Notes under the pieces: model-generated | Database searches by the model: none | What the model was told of the DNA's origin: nothing | Seen by the model: only the letters and a program-made list of their open reading frames with translations | Assembly (NCBI GenBank): GCA_020052415.1 | Contig: JAGVPB010000078.1 | Span: forward strand, 146,642-210,641 | Length of the DNA: 64,000 nucleotides | Origin: Bacteroidales bacterium | GTDB taxonomy: Bacteria; Bacteroidota; Bacteroidia; Bacteroidales; JAADJA01 | Direction of reading: 5' to 3' | Program-made: the position numbers and the translations under genes | Shown: piece after piece, positions 49,408 through 60,227 of the stretch | Layout of the letters: each line of letters begins with the position of its first letter | Numbering within the stretch: position 1 is the stretch's first letter

Positions 49408-50140
49408 AAAATTTCAATAACTGATACAATTGATTTGTAGAGGCACTCCGGTACCTGATATGATTAATCCTGAAATAATTCTTTATTTGATTCCGAAAGG
49501 GTTCAAAGTAATCCAGGAATGATTTTCTGTCGGGTAGTTTTACCAACTGGCCGCCTGATTGAATATACTTTACCGACACCGGTTTTGAGTATTTTCCAAA
49601 CTGATTTGATTGAGAATACTGATTCAAAAAGGTTTTCTTATGCCGGATGATAAAAGTAAGGCCTGAATTATAAATAAGTTCTGCATAACCGGTTTCATTA
49701 TTTTGAAGATGCAGTTGATTTAAGTTGATGAAATGTTGTTCACCTATATAAAAAGCATCAACAAAATCCTGATTCAACAGAATTGCAATACTACCCTTTT
49801 CTTTTTCTTTAAATTGAACAATAACTCTATCAATCTCAACATCATAAAGGAAATCTGTATGATCGAAAACTTTCCCTTTTATAATGATGGTTCCGATGGT
49901 CCGGTTATAGTCCTGAAAATAAGGATTTCCAACTGCTCCCGGGTGTCCGGGAATGAATATACGGCCGTTTTTCAATAAATCATCAGGGCCATAAGCTTTT
50001 TGCGTGATTTCAATAACTTGTTCGATATTGTTTAATTGTATATTCTGTTGCGCGAAAATTAGTCCTGGAAATAAAACAAAAATCCCAATAACTAATCCTG
50101 AAGTTTGCAAAAAAGTAAAAAAGTCCCTTTTAAACAGCAT
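49385..50140 (-). CDS. Hypothetical exported protein, first gene of the TonB receptor module
   Basis: Hydrophobic N-terminus, L.NGR...G.PYF...YD...D pattern; start uncertain (50140 or 50203). Confidence 0.65.
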   Translation of the reverse strand: MLFKRDFFTFLQTSGLVIGIFVLFPGLIFAQQNIQLNNIEQVIEITQKAYGPDDLLKNGRIFIPGHPGAVGNPYFQDYNRTIGTIIIKGKVFDHTDFLYDVEIDRVIVQFKEKEKGSIAILLNQDFVDAFYIGEQHFINLNQLHLQNNETGYAELIYNSGLTFIIRHKKTFLNQYSQSNQFGKYSKPVSVKYIQSGGQLVKLPDRKSFLDYFEPFRNQIKNYFRINHIRYRSASTNQLYQLLKFCDELSED

Positions 50141-50318
50141 GTCTATTTGATTCTGCCTGATAAAGACAATATATTTTACCAAATCGTTTACCATTATACC
50201 CATTGGTAAATTGCCGATGTGAAACTAAAGAATATTTTTCAATCCTTCAGGTAATAAAAAATTTAATAAGCAGAATTTTAAATCATAACGAAAACAATAA
50301 CCCCGGTACCATTATCTC

Positions 50319-50350
50319 AAAAAAAAGGCCGCTCATTTGGAGCAGCCTTT
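50319..50350 (-). terminator. Intrinsic terminator after susD
   Basis: A8-GGCCGCTC-ATTTG-GAGCAGCC-TTT; gives a U-tract on the minus strand. Confidence 0.7.
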
Positions 50351-50372
50351 ATAGCATAATAAATCTTTAATT

Positions 50373-51809
50373 TTAAAATTTATCCCAGAACAATTTCTGA
50401 TGCATAACGTCACCCAGCGGACCTATAGCATCGGCTGCCTGGTAATAATTTGTTGCATTTAAAGTCTGTTCATTGATAGGATAAGTGAACCTCTTTGGAA
50501 CCTGTCCGTCTTCTGTTTCGGGAGCAGGAGGCAGATTGAGAACCGGGAAATCGAGCCTTCTCCAGGAAGTCCAGCCCTGCATACCCCTGACATAATAGGC
50601 CAGCCATGCCTGTGTGCCTATCAATTCTTTCCAGTCGGCTGCAGAGTAAGCAACATCCGGATTAGCAAGATAACCATCGGCATCAGACTGTGACAATCCC
50701 CAGAAAAGAAATGACGAGCTGACAGCACTGTTGTAATATGATTCGGCTGTACCGGCAACATCAAATCCTCTTGCTGCTGCTTCAGCGAGGTAGAAGGCTG
50801 TTTCAGTTCCGTCTAAAAGTGTCATCGGATAATCGGGTTCCTGGATGGCATCAGCTATGTGTGAATATGAAGAGAAATTATTGCTCTCGCCATAAATACC
50901 GCCGATGTAAGCACCCTCGTATAATGTAAAATATGCAGGGCGCCGTGGGTCATTTAAGGTATTCATTATATCCACAATGGTATTGGCCGGAACAAAATCG
51001 TGCCTGCCGCTTTGAACCAGATCAACGTAAATCTGGTTTGAATTGGCTCCACCCGGGTAAACAATTTCGCATATTTCACCAGGTGCGAATGCGCCGGCTT
51101 CAGCATTTTTAATAACCGTTCCGGCATAGGTAGCATCTACATCCGACAGGTTGATCGCCAGCTTAATTTTCATGGAATTTCCAAATTTTATCCATAAACT
51201 TACGTCGCCACCCATATAAAGGTCATTTGATCCGAAGCTCCCAAAACCAGCGTCTAATCCTGCAACGGCAGCATCGAGCCTGCTGATAAGATCCTTGTAA
51301 ATGGTAAGTGCATCGTCATAAGCCGGTGAAATGTTATTGATATCCAGTGCCTGAGTATAAGGAATATTTCCGAAATAATCAACGAGCTCGTTCCAGCAAT
51401 AAATCTCAACTAATTCAATGATTTGCAGCCTGTTTGCCTTAGCGTTAATGGCATCTTCTCCGGCAACTTCCTCGGCAGTGATTGCTTTTTTTGCATCCCT
51501 CAGATCATTTAAAATATCCCTGTAATAGGTCCTGAAAACCAGGTCGGGAATTGTACGATTAATGATGTCGTAGTTGGATTCATCGGTGTAGGTGGTCTCA
51601 GTCCAATATTGTGAAACCAGCTTAAGGATATTCAGGTTTACATTTGCACTTGCAACCTGATCACCCAGGGCTTTTTGAGCATTAGCAAATAAATAGTCAC
51701 CGGGAACTTCAGTAGGATTTTTTTGATCGGTATTAAAGTCCTCGTATTTCTCGGTACAGGATACTGTGATCCCAATCAATACTATTAAAACTATATATAT
51801 TCTTTTCAT
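50373..51809 (-). CDS. SusD/RagB family lipoprotein
   Basis: Lipobox TVSC, D.FGNIPYTQAL, P.YD, DPR, AEA, W...RR...P, RF.YP..E, LFWD. Confidence 0.93.
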   Translation of the reverse strand: MKRIYIVLIVLIGITVSCTEKYEDFNTDQKNPTEVPGDYLFANAQKALGDQVASANVNLNILKLVSQYWTETTYTDESNYDIINRTIPDLVFRTYYRDILNDLRDAKKAITAEEVAGEDAINAKANRLQIIELVEIYCWNELVDYFGNIPYTQALDINNISPAYDDALTIYKDLISRLDAAVAGLDAGFGSFGSNDLYMGGDVSLWIKFGNSMKIKLAINLSDVDATYAGTVIKNAEAGAFAPGEICEIVYPGGANSNQIYVDLVQSGRHDFVPANTIVDIMNTLNDPRRPAYFTLYEGAYIGGIYGESNNFSSYSHIADAIQEPDYPMTLLDGTETAFYLAEAAARGFDVAGTAESYYNSAVSSSFLFWGLSQSDADGYLANPDVAYSAADWKELIGTQAWLAYYVRGMQGWTSWRRLDFPVLNLPPAPETEDGQVPKRFTYPINEQTLNATNYYQAADAIGPLGDVMHQKLFWDKF

Positions 51810-51821
51810 AATGTGTGTTAT

Positions 51822-54800
51822 TTAAAATTGTAGGTTAACAGTTAATCCAATATTCCGGGTGGTTGGCATAACGCCGCTTTGCCATCCCTGTATATTTCCA
51901 CCGGTATGTCCGGATTCCGGATCAGCATGTGGAAGGTCTTTGGAAATGATCCAGAGATTTGAACCTACCAGGCTGAATGAAATGCCATTGATAAAAGTTT
52001 TATCAAGCAAGCTGCCGGGGAGAGAATAAGTAAGAACAACTTCCCTAAGCTTGATATAGGTAGCATCATAAACAAATTTGGCATTAGGATTTCTTGACCA
52101 GCCAAATACACGGTAATCGTCTCCGGCAACCCTGACGTCATTGGTACGGTAAGTTCCAAGACCATTACCATCTTCATCAACATTTTCAATGAGGCCATCC
52201 AAAATCAATCCACCACCATCTTCGAGTGAATTCCTTACAGGATTACCGAGGTCGTTGGTGTAATCGGTTTCTTCATATAAACCGGTTCCCAATCCATAAT
52301 ACTGGTCTAATGAAAACACACTTCCGCCCTGCTGCCAGTCAATAAGTATGCTGAGCATCCAGTTCTTATAGGAGAACCTGTTCAGAAAACCAGCATTCCA
52401 GTCTGGATTTATATTACCGAGAACAATGTCGGATGTTGGGGTCCTCCGGTAATAACCGTCAGCACCTACAACTTTTTGTCCGTCAACATAAATAAAATCT
52501 GTTCCCTGTATGGTTCCATAAGGCTCGCCAACACGTGCATTAATTGTTAAGCCACCCTGAAGGGCTGAAAGCTGAAGGTTTTCGATGTCTCCTTCAAGAG
52601 ATACTACCTCATTGATATTTCTTGCCCAGTTAAGCGTGACATCCCATGTGAAATTTCCTTTTTTCACCGGTGCACCAAATAACGTCAATTCTATACCTTT
52701 ATTAGATACTTCCCCTGCGTTTACATAATTTGATGAAAAGCCGGTTGCATAAGACACTGCAACAGGGAAAAGCTGGTTAATTGTATTTGCCTGGTAAAGG
52801 GCAAGGTCGAAACCAAGCCTTTTCTTGAGGAAATACATTTCAAGACCACCTTCCAAACCTGAAGAAATCTCCGGTTTGAGGTTAGCATTATTATTTTGGT
52901 TCGGCAAAGAATACAAAGCAGTGCCATTGTATGTAGGATTCTGATCATAGGTATTGATCAATGAACCCCATTGAGCATCATTACCCACTTGTGCCCAGCT
53001 TATTCTGAATTTGCCATGATCAAGCCAGCTTGCTTTTGCCAGTTCCGAAAAAACGAAACTTGCAGAGACCGAGGGGTATTGATAACTCCATTCCTCAGAT
53101 GGCAATGTAGAAGATACATCATTTCTGAAAGTACCATCAAGATATAAAAAGTTCTTAAATCCAAGTGAAGCGCTGATATAATAACCATTAACTCCTAATT
53201 CCTGAAGTTCTTCAGCGGATCTGAAAGTATTAACAGAATTATTAACTGCATACAATCCTGGTACAATCAATCCTCCATCGGTAGCGGCAAATAACTGGTC
53301 TGTCCTTAACCTTCTGATGTTGGTTCCCAGCAATGCGCTGAGGTTAAAATCTTCAGTCAGGTTTTTGTGGAATTTTAACATCAGGTCCATGTTTCTCTCG
53401 GTGTAGGAATAATCTAATTTGGAATATCCTGATGTGACGTCCGAACGGCCTGCTGTGGTTGGTACTCCAAATTCACCGGCAGCGGATCCAAAAGCCTTTC
53501 TTTCTTCCTGAATTTCATTGTAAGTATCCACGGAATAACGGCCCATGATATTGAAATAGTCGTTAAGGTCGTAGTCAACCTGCAGATAGGCTATGATGCG
53601 GTCCCTCTGGTCGGTTTCAAAATTTTCGAATCGTACCCAGTAAGGATTATCCCAGTATGCCGGAGCCAGGTCATAGGGGCTTACAGGATTCCAGGTAATA
53701 TTACGGCCGGTTTCATCATAAATTTCCTGCTGTTGTTTATAGTCAACATTCATCTGCATCCATTGACGGAATGAAGAAAGGATATTATCACTGTATCCGG
53801 TGGAATTACGTCCCTTACCCTTGGTGTTAATATAATTAGCTGAAGCACTGACCTTGAGGTTTTTAAGAACATCATAAGATCCGTTAAACATGAAGTTGTT
53901 TTTCTTTATAGAACTGTTTGGCATAATCCCGGTTTCGTCCAGGTTAGTATAACCCAGTCTGAACGCGGAGTTTTCACCGCCACCCGTTACATCAACGCTG
54001 TTAGTGAATGACCAGGGAGTTTCGAAGAAATAATCCGGGCCGTTTTCACCAGCTATCCAGGGGGTTGCCTTTTGATAATTCGGATTTTCAGGATCAAATG
54101 AATCCCATTGGTAAACCATCAGGCTCGGATCGAACTTTTCACCAAAAGAAGCATCCTCATAAGTCGGAACGGTAAAGTCGGTGATTCCGTCTTCATTGAT
54201 ATCATAAAGGTATTCGAGTCCGGGATGATCGGTTTCACTATAAAACTGAGCACCATAACCGCCACCATAATTCTGCTGGTATTTAGGGAAGGTGCTTTTA
54301 TCTATAAATCCGGTAGTGACATTTGAACTTATATTCACTCCATAGACTTTCTTTTTACCGGTCATTTTCGTACCTTTTTTGGTAGTGATCATGATCACGC
54401 CATTTGCGGCCCTGGAGCCATACAATGCCGTAGCCGCTGCACCTTTCAAAACACTTATGGTTTCGATGTCGTTGGGATTGATATCGGAAGCAGCACTACC
54501 GTAGTCGAATCCTGACCGGCCCCGTATCTGGTCAGTGGTATTTGTGTTGTTGTTTCCAATAGGAACACCATCAACAACAAATAAAGCCTGGTTATTTCCG
54601 GTGATAGAAGAAGAGCCGCGGATCAGAATGTTGGTAGAACCACCCATATTCCCATTGGACTTGATCTGAACACCGGCAACTTTACCTGCAAGAGAATTAA
54701 CGAAGTTATCAGTCTTTATCTGATTGATTTCTTCTCCTCCAAGTTCCTGAGTTGCATACCCCAGCGATTTCTTCTCGCGGGAGATACCGAGAGCGGTAAC

Positions 54801-55121
54801 AACCACACCCTCGATGTTCAGAACATCAGGACTCATGACTACTTTGAAGGTAGTTTGCGTACCGATTGGAATTTCCTGTGTGCCCATTCCCACATATTTA
54901 AAAATGAGGGTCGTGGCTGAAGCAGGAACCTTAAGTGTGAATTTACCGTCCAGGTCGGTAGTTACACCAAGTTGTGTACCTTTAATCAAAACCTGAACCC
55001 CAGGGATTCCCTGGCCGTCGTCAGAACTGGTGACGGTACCAGAAATATCCCTGTCCTGAGCTTGTAAAATTTGCATTCCAACTAAAAAGATGAATGCTAA
55101 AAAAAGAGTAAATTTTCTCAT
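51822..55121 (-). CDS. SusC/RagA family TonB-linked outer membrane protein
   Basis: VVVTALGI, FVVDGVP, DINPNDIE.ISVLKGAAATALYGSRAANGVIMITTK, C-terminal Phe. Confidence 0.97.
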   Translation of the reverse strand: MRKFTLFLAFIFLVGMQILQAQDRDISGTVTSSDDGQGIPGVQVLIKGTQLGVTTDLDGKFTLKVPASATTLIFKYVGMGTQEIPIGTQTTFKVVMSPDVLNIEGVVVTALGISREKKSLGYATQELGGEEINQIKTDNFVNSLAGKVAGVQIKSNGNMGGSTNILIRGSSSITGNNQALFVVDGVPIGNNNTNTTDQIRGRSGFDYGSAASDINPNDIETISVLKGAAATALYGSRAANGVIMITTKKGTKMTGKKKVYGVNISSNVTTGFIDKSTFPKYQQNYGGGYGAQFYSETDHPGLEYLYDINEDGITDFTVPTYEDASFGEKFDPSLMVYQWDSFDPENPNYQKATPWIAGENGPDYFFETPWSFTNSVDVTGGGENSAFRLGYTNLDETGIMPNSSIKKNNFMFNGSYDVLKNLKVSASANYINTKGKGRNSTGYSDNILSSFRQWMQMNVDYKQQQEIYDETGRNITWNPVSPYDLAPAYWDNPYWVRFENFETDQRDRIIAYLQVDYDLNDYFNIMGRYSVDTYNEIQEERKAFGSAAGEFGVPTTAGRSDVTSGYSKLDYSYTERNMDLMLKFHKNLTEDFNLSALLGTNIRRLRTDQLFAATDGGLIVPGLYAVNNSVNTFRSAEELQELGVNGYYISASLGFKNFLYLDGTFRNDVSSTLPSEEWSYQYPSVSASFVFSELAKASWLDHGKFRISWAQVGNDAQWGSLINTYDQNPTYNGTALYSLPNQNNNANLKPEISSGLEGGLEMYFLKKRLGFDLALYQANTINQLFPVAVSYATGFSSNYVNAGEVSNKGIELTLFGAPVKKGNFTWDVTLNWARNINEVVSLEGDIENLQLSALQGGLTINARVGEPYGTIQGTDFIYVDGQKVVGADGYYRRTPTSDIVLGNINPDWNAGFLNRFSYKNWMLSILIDWQQGGSVFSLDQYYGLGTGLYEETDYTNDLGNPVRNSLEDGGGLILDGLIENVDEDGNGLGTYRTNDVRVAGDDYRVFGWSRNPNAKFVYDATYIKLREVVLTYSLPGSLLDKTFINGISFSLVGSNLWIISKDLPHADPESGHTGGNIQGWQSGVMPTTRNIGLTVNLQF

Positions 55122-55429
55122 AACATAAGAATTAAGGTTAGTTAATATAAATATTAAATTACTGATATATATTGTTTAGTACTCAAAATCAACATGATTA
55201 ATTAATTTTACCTCTTTGCTATTTTAAATTACCCGTACTAATCTGTTTATTTCATTACAAAGCAATGAAATTTTAAGATTGATTTTACATAAATTTATTA
55301 ATTATTTAACAACAATCCTTGTAATGATTTGTTGCTTTAAACCTAATCCGTTGTATTATAAAGAGATAAGCTGATCTCTGCTTTATAACAAAGACAAATT
55401 TAATACTTTTTACAAAAAACAAGTTGATT

Positions 55430-55843
55430 TTATGCCAGCCGGCGATAAAATAATGCAAATGAAATGTTCAGAACTGCAAATACAATAACGGTTATAAAAT
55501 TACCAAATCCATACAAATAGGGAATAACAATTATAAGAACACAACTGATCATATATATCAGGAGACCCTTCAATTTTTGCTTCCACATTAATAAAGCTCC
55601 CAGAAATGATAGTCCGTACAAAACAATGGCAGCAAAACAAACAATCAGGATGACGGAGGAGGTTATGTTCCGTTCGGGAACATAATCATTGAACACCCTC
55701 GTAACCCATCCCTTGAAAAGTATTCCTGTCGCAAACATCAGTATAAAAAAAGCCGAATAAACGAAAACGACGAAACAAAGGAGTGACAATATAAATGGCC
55801 TTTGCCCTGGTAAAGTTATATTTTCATTTTCACTTTGCTTCAT
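55430..55843 (-). CDS. Hypothetical 4-TM membrane protein
   Basis: RP..L..LC...GA..MWK.K..G..Y; paralogue of the next gene. Confidence 0.7.
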   Translation of the reverse strand: MKQSENENITLPGQRPFILSLLCFVVFVYSAFFILMFATGILFKGWVTRVFNDYVPERNITSSVILIVCFAAIVLYGLSFLGALLMWKQKLKGLLIYMISCVLIIVIPYLYGFGNFITVIVFAVLNISFALFYRRLA

Positions 55844-55848
55844 AACTG

Positions 55849-56286
55849 TCAGGTCATAAATTTAAGGTTTACTGCATAAGCCGAAATAAAAGCTATTGTG
55901 ATAAAAAGCCCGACAAAAGAAAAAGGAAAAGACGGGGTAAACACCATGGGCAAAAATAAAATGAATATCTGCGATCCGGTATAAAGATGAAAGCCTAATT
56001 TTTTCAACTTCCACATACCGATGGCTCCAATGAGGGAAATTGAATAAAGAATTAAACCAGCAAGAAAAAATCTTTTTCCACCCGCAAGTAATTTATCAAT
56101 ATCAGGAAGCTCGATTTGTAACTGCCCGATAATTTCATCCATATTATCATAGGTCAGGAAGATAAAAAGGTTTGAGAATCCGGCAAGTCCGCTGCCGATA
56201 AATGAAAATATGCACAGCAGGGTCAGCAACTCCGGTCTTTTGACCGGCTGTTTCACCGGATTCTTAACATCACCTGAAAGATCCAT
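55849..56286 (-). CDS. Hypothetical 4-TM membrane protein
   Basis: KRPELLTLLCI.SFIGS...GAIGMWKLKKLGFHLY. Confidence 0.75.
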   Translation of the reverse strand: MDLSGDVKNPVKQPVKRPELLTLLCIFSFIGSGLAGFSNLFIFLTYDNMDEIIGQLQIELPDIDKLLAGGKRFFLAGLILYSISLIGAIGMWKLKKLGFHLYTGSQIFILFLPMVFTPSFPFSFVGLFITIAFISAYAVNLKFMT

Positions 56287-56332
56287 TGTTAATGTATATT
56301 ATAAACGGGGTAAAACTGTACATTCTGCAAAT

Positions 56333-56412
56333 TGGAATAAGGGGAATAGGGGATATAGGGGAAATACGGATGTGCAAGCCTTTATATCCCTTATTTCCCA
56401 TTTTATCTTATT
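56333..56412. repeat. Inverted ~9-mer repeat array
   Basis: GGAATAAGGGGAATAGGGGATATAGGGGAAAT ... CTTTATATCCCTTATTTCCCATTTTATCTTATT. Confidence 0.7.
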
Positions 56413-56458
56413 TTTCATTTTGTTATAATTTATCCCGTGTGCAGTATAATTCAAAAGT

Positions 56459-57982
56459 TTATTCCAGGCTACCGACCACTTTTTCAACTTCTTCCAGAAC
56501 CTCGCATGATTCAATCAGCTTTTTCATCTTGTTATGATCGTCGTACAAAGGTCGGTCTATTTCAAGAAATTCTACGTATTTTCTCACAATTTCCCTGGCT
56601 CTGGTAACGCCCTTTCCAAATTTATATTCACGGAAATCAAGCGCCTGTGCAGCTGCCATCATTTCGATACCCAGAACACCATAAGCATTATCAAGTATCT
56701 GGAAATTCTTCTGAGCCGTATTCATTCCCATCGAAACAAAGTCTTCCTGGTCGGCTGCGGCAGGAATGGATTGAACGGAAGCAGGCATGGATAATATCCG
56801 TTGCTCGACGATTAGTGTATCGGCAGTGTACTGGCTGAGCATAAGACCCGAAAACATTCCGGCACCTTTAGTCAAAAATGCGGGTAATCCCACACTCAGG
56901 GCAGGATTGTTCAAACGGTTCATTCTCCTTTCCGACATCACGCTGATCATGGTAATTGCTGCGCCGGCCATATCCATAGGCAGCGCTACCGGTGTTCCCT
57001 GGAAATTAGCACCTGACAGCTGAAGATTTTCATCAGGAAAGAATACAGGATTGTCACCTACACCATTGAGTTCAATTTCTACCTGGGAGCGGGCATAAGC
57101 AAGGGCATCGTGTGCAGCGCCGATAACTTGCGGCGTCGAACGCATCGAATATGCATCCTGTACTTTATGAGGCACCCTCCCTTCTTTCAGATCGCCGTCA
57201 GCCACCAATTTATTGATCGCCTTTGCACTTCTGACCGCACCTTTAAATCCTCTGACTTCGTGAAGTTTTTCTGTATAGGGTTTCATATTCGCTTTCAAAG
57301 CTTCGAGCGACATAGCAGCAGCAATTTCAGCCTGTTTCAGCCATCGGTTTGCATCATATAGGAACAGGGCGCTCATAGCCGTTAAAACATTCGAGCCATT
57401 GATGGTTGCCAGACCATCCCTTGCATGTAGTCCGGGAATTTTAATTCCCGCTTTTTCAAGGGCTTCCTTTCCCGGGTAAAGTGTACCCTGGTAATAGGCC
57501 TTACCTTCACCCATCATTAACAGTGCGATCTGCGACATGGGAGCAAGGTCACCTGATGCACCTACCGAACCTTTGGTACAAACCCAGGGTGTTACACCCT
57601 TATTCAGCATGTCTATCAGGGTGAAGGTAATTTCAGGACGAACACCTGAATTTCCATGAGCATGAACGTTTACACGTCCGAGCATTGCTCCCCTCACCCA
57701 ATCCAGCGGCATGGGTTCGCCGATGCCGGCAGCATGGTTATAAATAAGGTATTTTTGAAAATCTTTTACCTGATCATCATTTAGTACCACTTCTGAAAAC
57801 TCGCCAATGCCGGTGTTTACACCATACATGATTTCGCGGGCAATAATTTTTTTCTCCAGCATTTCACGGCACTTATTCATTCTGTCCAGCGCCTGCGGAT
57901 GCAATTCTACTTTTTCATTGTGTCGGGCGACCTTAACTACATCTTCGATGGTTAAGCCTGTCCCGGTTACTATATAGGTCAT
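56459..57982 (-). CDS. hutH: Aromatic amino acid ammonia-lyase, probably histidine ammonia-lyase
   Basis: MIO motif GASGDLAP, YGVNTG.G, NHAAG (His retained as in HAL), QDAYS.R, DNP, QED.VSMG. Confidence 0.85.
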   Translation of the reverse strand: MTYIVTGTGLTIEDVVKVARHNEKVELHPQALDRMNKCREMLEKKIIAREIMYGVNTGIGEFSEVVLNDDQVKDFQKYLIYNHAAGIGEPMPLDWVRGAMLGRVNVHAHGNSGVRPEITFTLIDMLNKGVTPWVCTKGSVGASGDLAPMSQIALLMMGEGKAYYQGTLYPGKEALEKAGIKIPGLHARDGLATINGSNVLTAMSALFLYDANRWLKQAEIAAAMSLEALKANMKPYTEKLHEVRGFKGAVRSAKAINKLVADGDLKEGRVPHKVQDAYSMRSTPQVIGAAHDALAYARSQVEIELNGVGDNPVFFPDENLQLSGANFQGTPVALPMDMAGAAITMISVMSERRMNRLNNPALSVGLPAFLTKGAGMFSGLMLSQYTADTLIVEQRILSMPASVQSIPAAADQEDFVSMGMNTAQKNFQILDNAYGVLGIEMMAAAQALDFREYKFGKGVTRAREIVRKYVEFLEIDRPLYDDHNKMKKLIESCEVLEEVEKVVGSLE

Positions 57983-57985
57983 GTT

Positions 57986-58062
57986 GATTTATGATTTTAG
58001 ATTTGTGATATTAGATTTATGATTTGATTTAAGAATATGATTTTGGATTTGATCTGATTTGA
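57986..58062. repeat. Degenerate GATTTNN heptamer tandem repeat
   Basis: GATTTAT GATTTTA GATTTGT GATATTA GATTTAT GATTT GATTTAA..., abutting the hutH start. Confidence 0.8.
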
Positions 58063-58152
58063 GATCAAACAGGAAAAATTCAAACCCAGAGTGCGGCACG
58101 GTTGATTTTAATTTTAAATTTTAAAATCCAGCTATTCATACTATTAAATATA

Positions 58153-59682
58153 TTAACGGGTAAAAGTATTAATTTTCAATATCAAATCTTCAATAGTCAT
58201 TCGCGATTGTTCGCCTGAGATCATATTTTTAACTGTAAGGATATTTTCTTTCATTTCATTTTCACCCACCAGAGCCACGAATGGGATTTTACGGCTATCA
58301 GCATAGCTCATTTGTTTTTTAATCTTGCTCGTATCGGGGTAAAGTTCAGTATTTATTCCAGATTGTCTAAGTTTGTTAACCAATTGAAGGCAATATTTCT
58401 GTTCTTTTTCGCCAAAATTCACAAACAGGACTTGTGTTGAATTTGTGGTTTGATCGGGGAAAAGGCCAAGTTCCATCATAACATCATAGATGCGGTCGGC
58501 GCCAAATGAGACTCCAATGCCCGATATGCCCGGAAGTCCGAAAATACCTGTGAGATCATCATAGCGGCCGCCTCCGCAAATGCTCCCAATTGTAACATCT
58601 GTTGCCTCTACCTCAAAAATGGCCCCGGTGTAATAATTTAATCCACGGGCCAGCGTAAGGTCAAACTCCACATCCGATGAAAGTTCTAAGCCCTTCAACA
58701 GTTCGAAAACAGACGAAACCTCTGTCATGCCTTTGCTTCCTGTTTCAGTTTGGCTAAGAATTTTACTAAGGAATTCAATTTTTTCAACTGAATTTCCGGT
58801 AAAACTTAGAATTTCATTTAGTATATCAATTGAAGTAGCAGTAAAACCAGACAGTGAAAGCTCTTCCTTTACTTTTTGGATGCCGATCTTATCAATTTTA
58901 TCAATCGCAACTGTAAACGAAACAAATTTACCGGTTTCACCAAGGTATTCTGCAATTCCATACAGAACCTTCCGGTTGTTGAGTTTGATGGTGTTTTTTA
59001 TTCCCAGTTTTTTAAAAACCCCGTTCATGATCAGCACCAGTTCAGCTTCATTCATAAGTGAATTGCTTCCGATGACATCCACATCGCACTGGAAAAATTC
59101 ACGATACCGGCCTTTCTGTGGTTTATCGGCTCGCCAAACCGGTTGTATTTGGTAGCGTTTAAATGGAAAAACAATATCATTACGGTTCTGAACCACATAT
59201 CGTGCAAAGGGAACTGTAAGGTCATAGCGAAGACCCTTTTCAGTTATTGTATTTGAAAACCATCCAAAATGTTCTTCTAAAAAATAAATGATATCGCCGT
59301 ACTGAAGTAATGCTAAGTATTCTTTAACTTGCTGAAACTGCTCTGTTTTATCATATTTTTCATAATTGCTTACTATTTTTTTTATCCCTTCAACAATTCC
59401 AGGTAAAATATTATTGAGCATTTCTCTTTCTATATACTGCCTTGGTTCTTTGATTTTAGATAAAAAGTCTCCTGAATTTAAAATCTTGAACAACAATTTA
59501 TCCCCCTCCTCCCCGTACTTTCCCATCAGCGTCGAAAGGTTTTCCATGGCCGGAGTTTCGATAGGGAGATATCCGTAAAGTTGAAATACCGATTTAACAG
59601 TATCGAAAATAAAATTTCTCCTGACCATTACAGCCGGAGAAAAATCGCGTGTGCCCTTGGGTATAGTAGGTTGGTGAGCCAT
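58153..59682 (-). CDS. hisS: Histidine--tRNA ligase
   Basis: [52 protein letters not shown]. Confidence 0.98.
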   Translation of the reverse strand: MAHQPTIPKGTRDFSPAVMVRRNFIFDTVKSVFQLYGYLPIETPAMENLSTLMGKYGEEGDKLLFKILNSGDFLSKIKEPRQYIEREMLNNILPGIVEGIKKIVSNYEKYDKTEQFQQVKEYLALLQYGDIIYFLEEHFGWFSNTITEKGLRYDLTVPFARYVVQNRNDIVFPFKRYQIQPVWRADKPQKGRYREFFQCDVDVIGSNSLMNEAELVLIMNGVFKKLGIKNTIKLNNRKVLYGIAEYLGETGKFVSFTVAIDKIDKIGIQKVKEELSLSGFTATSIDILNEILSFTGNSVEKIEFLSKILSQTETGSKGMTEVSSVFELLKGLELSSDVEFDLTLARGLNYYTGAIFEVEATDVTIGSICGGGRYDDLTGIFGLPGISGIGVSFGADRIYDVMMELGLFPDQTTNSTQVLFVNFGEKEQKYCLQLVNKLRQSGINTELYPDTSKIKKQMSYADSRKIPFVALVGENEMKENILTVKNMISGEQSRMTIEDLILKINTFTR

Positions 59683-59739
59683 TAACCAATAACTTTTTTA
59701 TCTTATAATTAAATGTGCAGCAAAAGTAAAGGAATTAAT

Positions 59740-60222
59740 TTATCGGGAAATCTTCAGGTTGAGTTCGGTAAGAATTTTATTTAAAAAAGCGTCACATCCG
59801 CTTTCACCTTCTTTGGGCGCCCAGGAGGCAAAATTTTTATCGTCAATTGGATTATAAGGGCCGTCTTTAAGCTCATAAGCGATGGAATCCGGTTCAATGC
59901 AAATGACCGTATGAAATGTACGGGGCGCTACTTCGGCGGCATAATCCCGTGTTTTGGGATCAAGTATTATATGATCGGTAATTCTGCCTGCCGGATCAAA
60001 TTCAATAACTGCAAATCTGCCGGTCAGAGCTATGAAGACTTCCCTCTTATCAGGATCTTCATGCTTATGAGGCTGGAGATAAGTTCCAGGTTGCATGGCA
60101 TTCAGAAACCGTTGCAATACATCATCAGAGGCTTTATGGAAGATGTGATGCGCCCTTTTTCGCTTTGCATTCCGTGAATTCTCTGCCATAACCGAAAGCA
60201 GTGCATGATCAATCTTAATCAT
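59740..60222 (-). CDS. WbuC family cupin metalloprotein
   Basis: RKR....H...D.LQRFLNAMQPGTY..PHKH...E...HT...E.K.GPY.P..DK.FA.WAP.E. Confidence 0.9.
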   Translation of the reverse strand: MIKIDHALLSVMAENSRNAKRKRAHHIFHKASDDVLQRFLNAMQPGTYLQPHKHEDPDKREVFIALTGRFAVIEFDPAGRITDHIILDPKTRDYAAEVAPRTFHTVICIEPDSIAYELKDGPYNPIDDKNFASWAPKEGESGCDAFLNKILTELNLKISR

Positions 60223-60227
60223 AAGGC

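Noticed and set aside
22508..58062. CRISPR array among the intergenic repeats
   Set aside because: No 25-45-nt direct repeats with unique spacers and no cas genes.
59242..59451. Intein in hisS
   Set aside because: Too short and lacks the Cys/Ser start and His-Asn end motifs.
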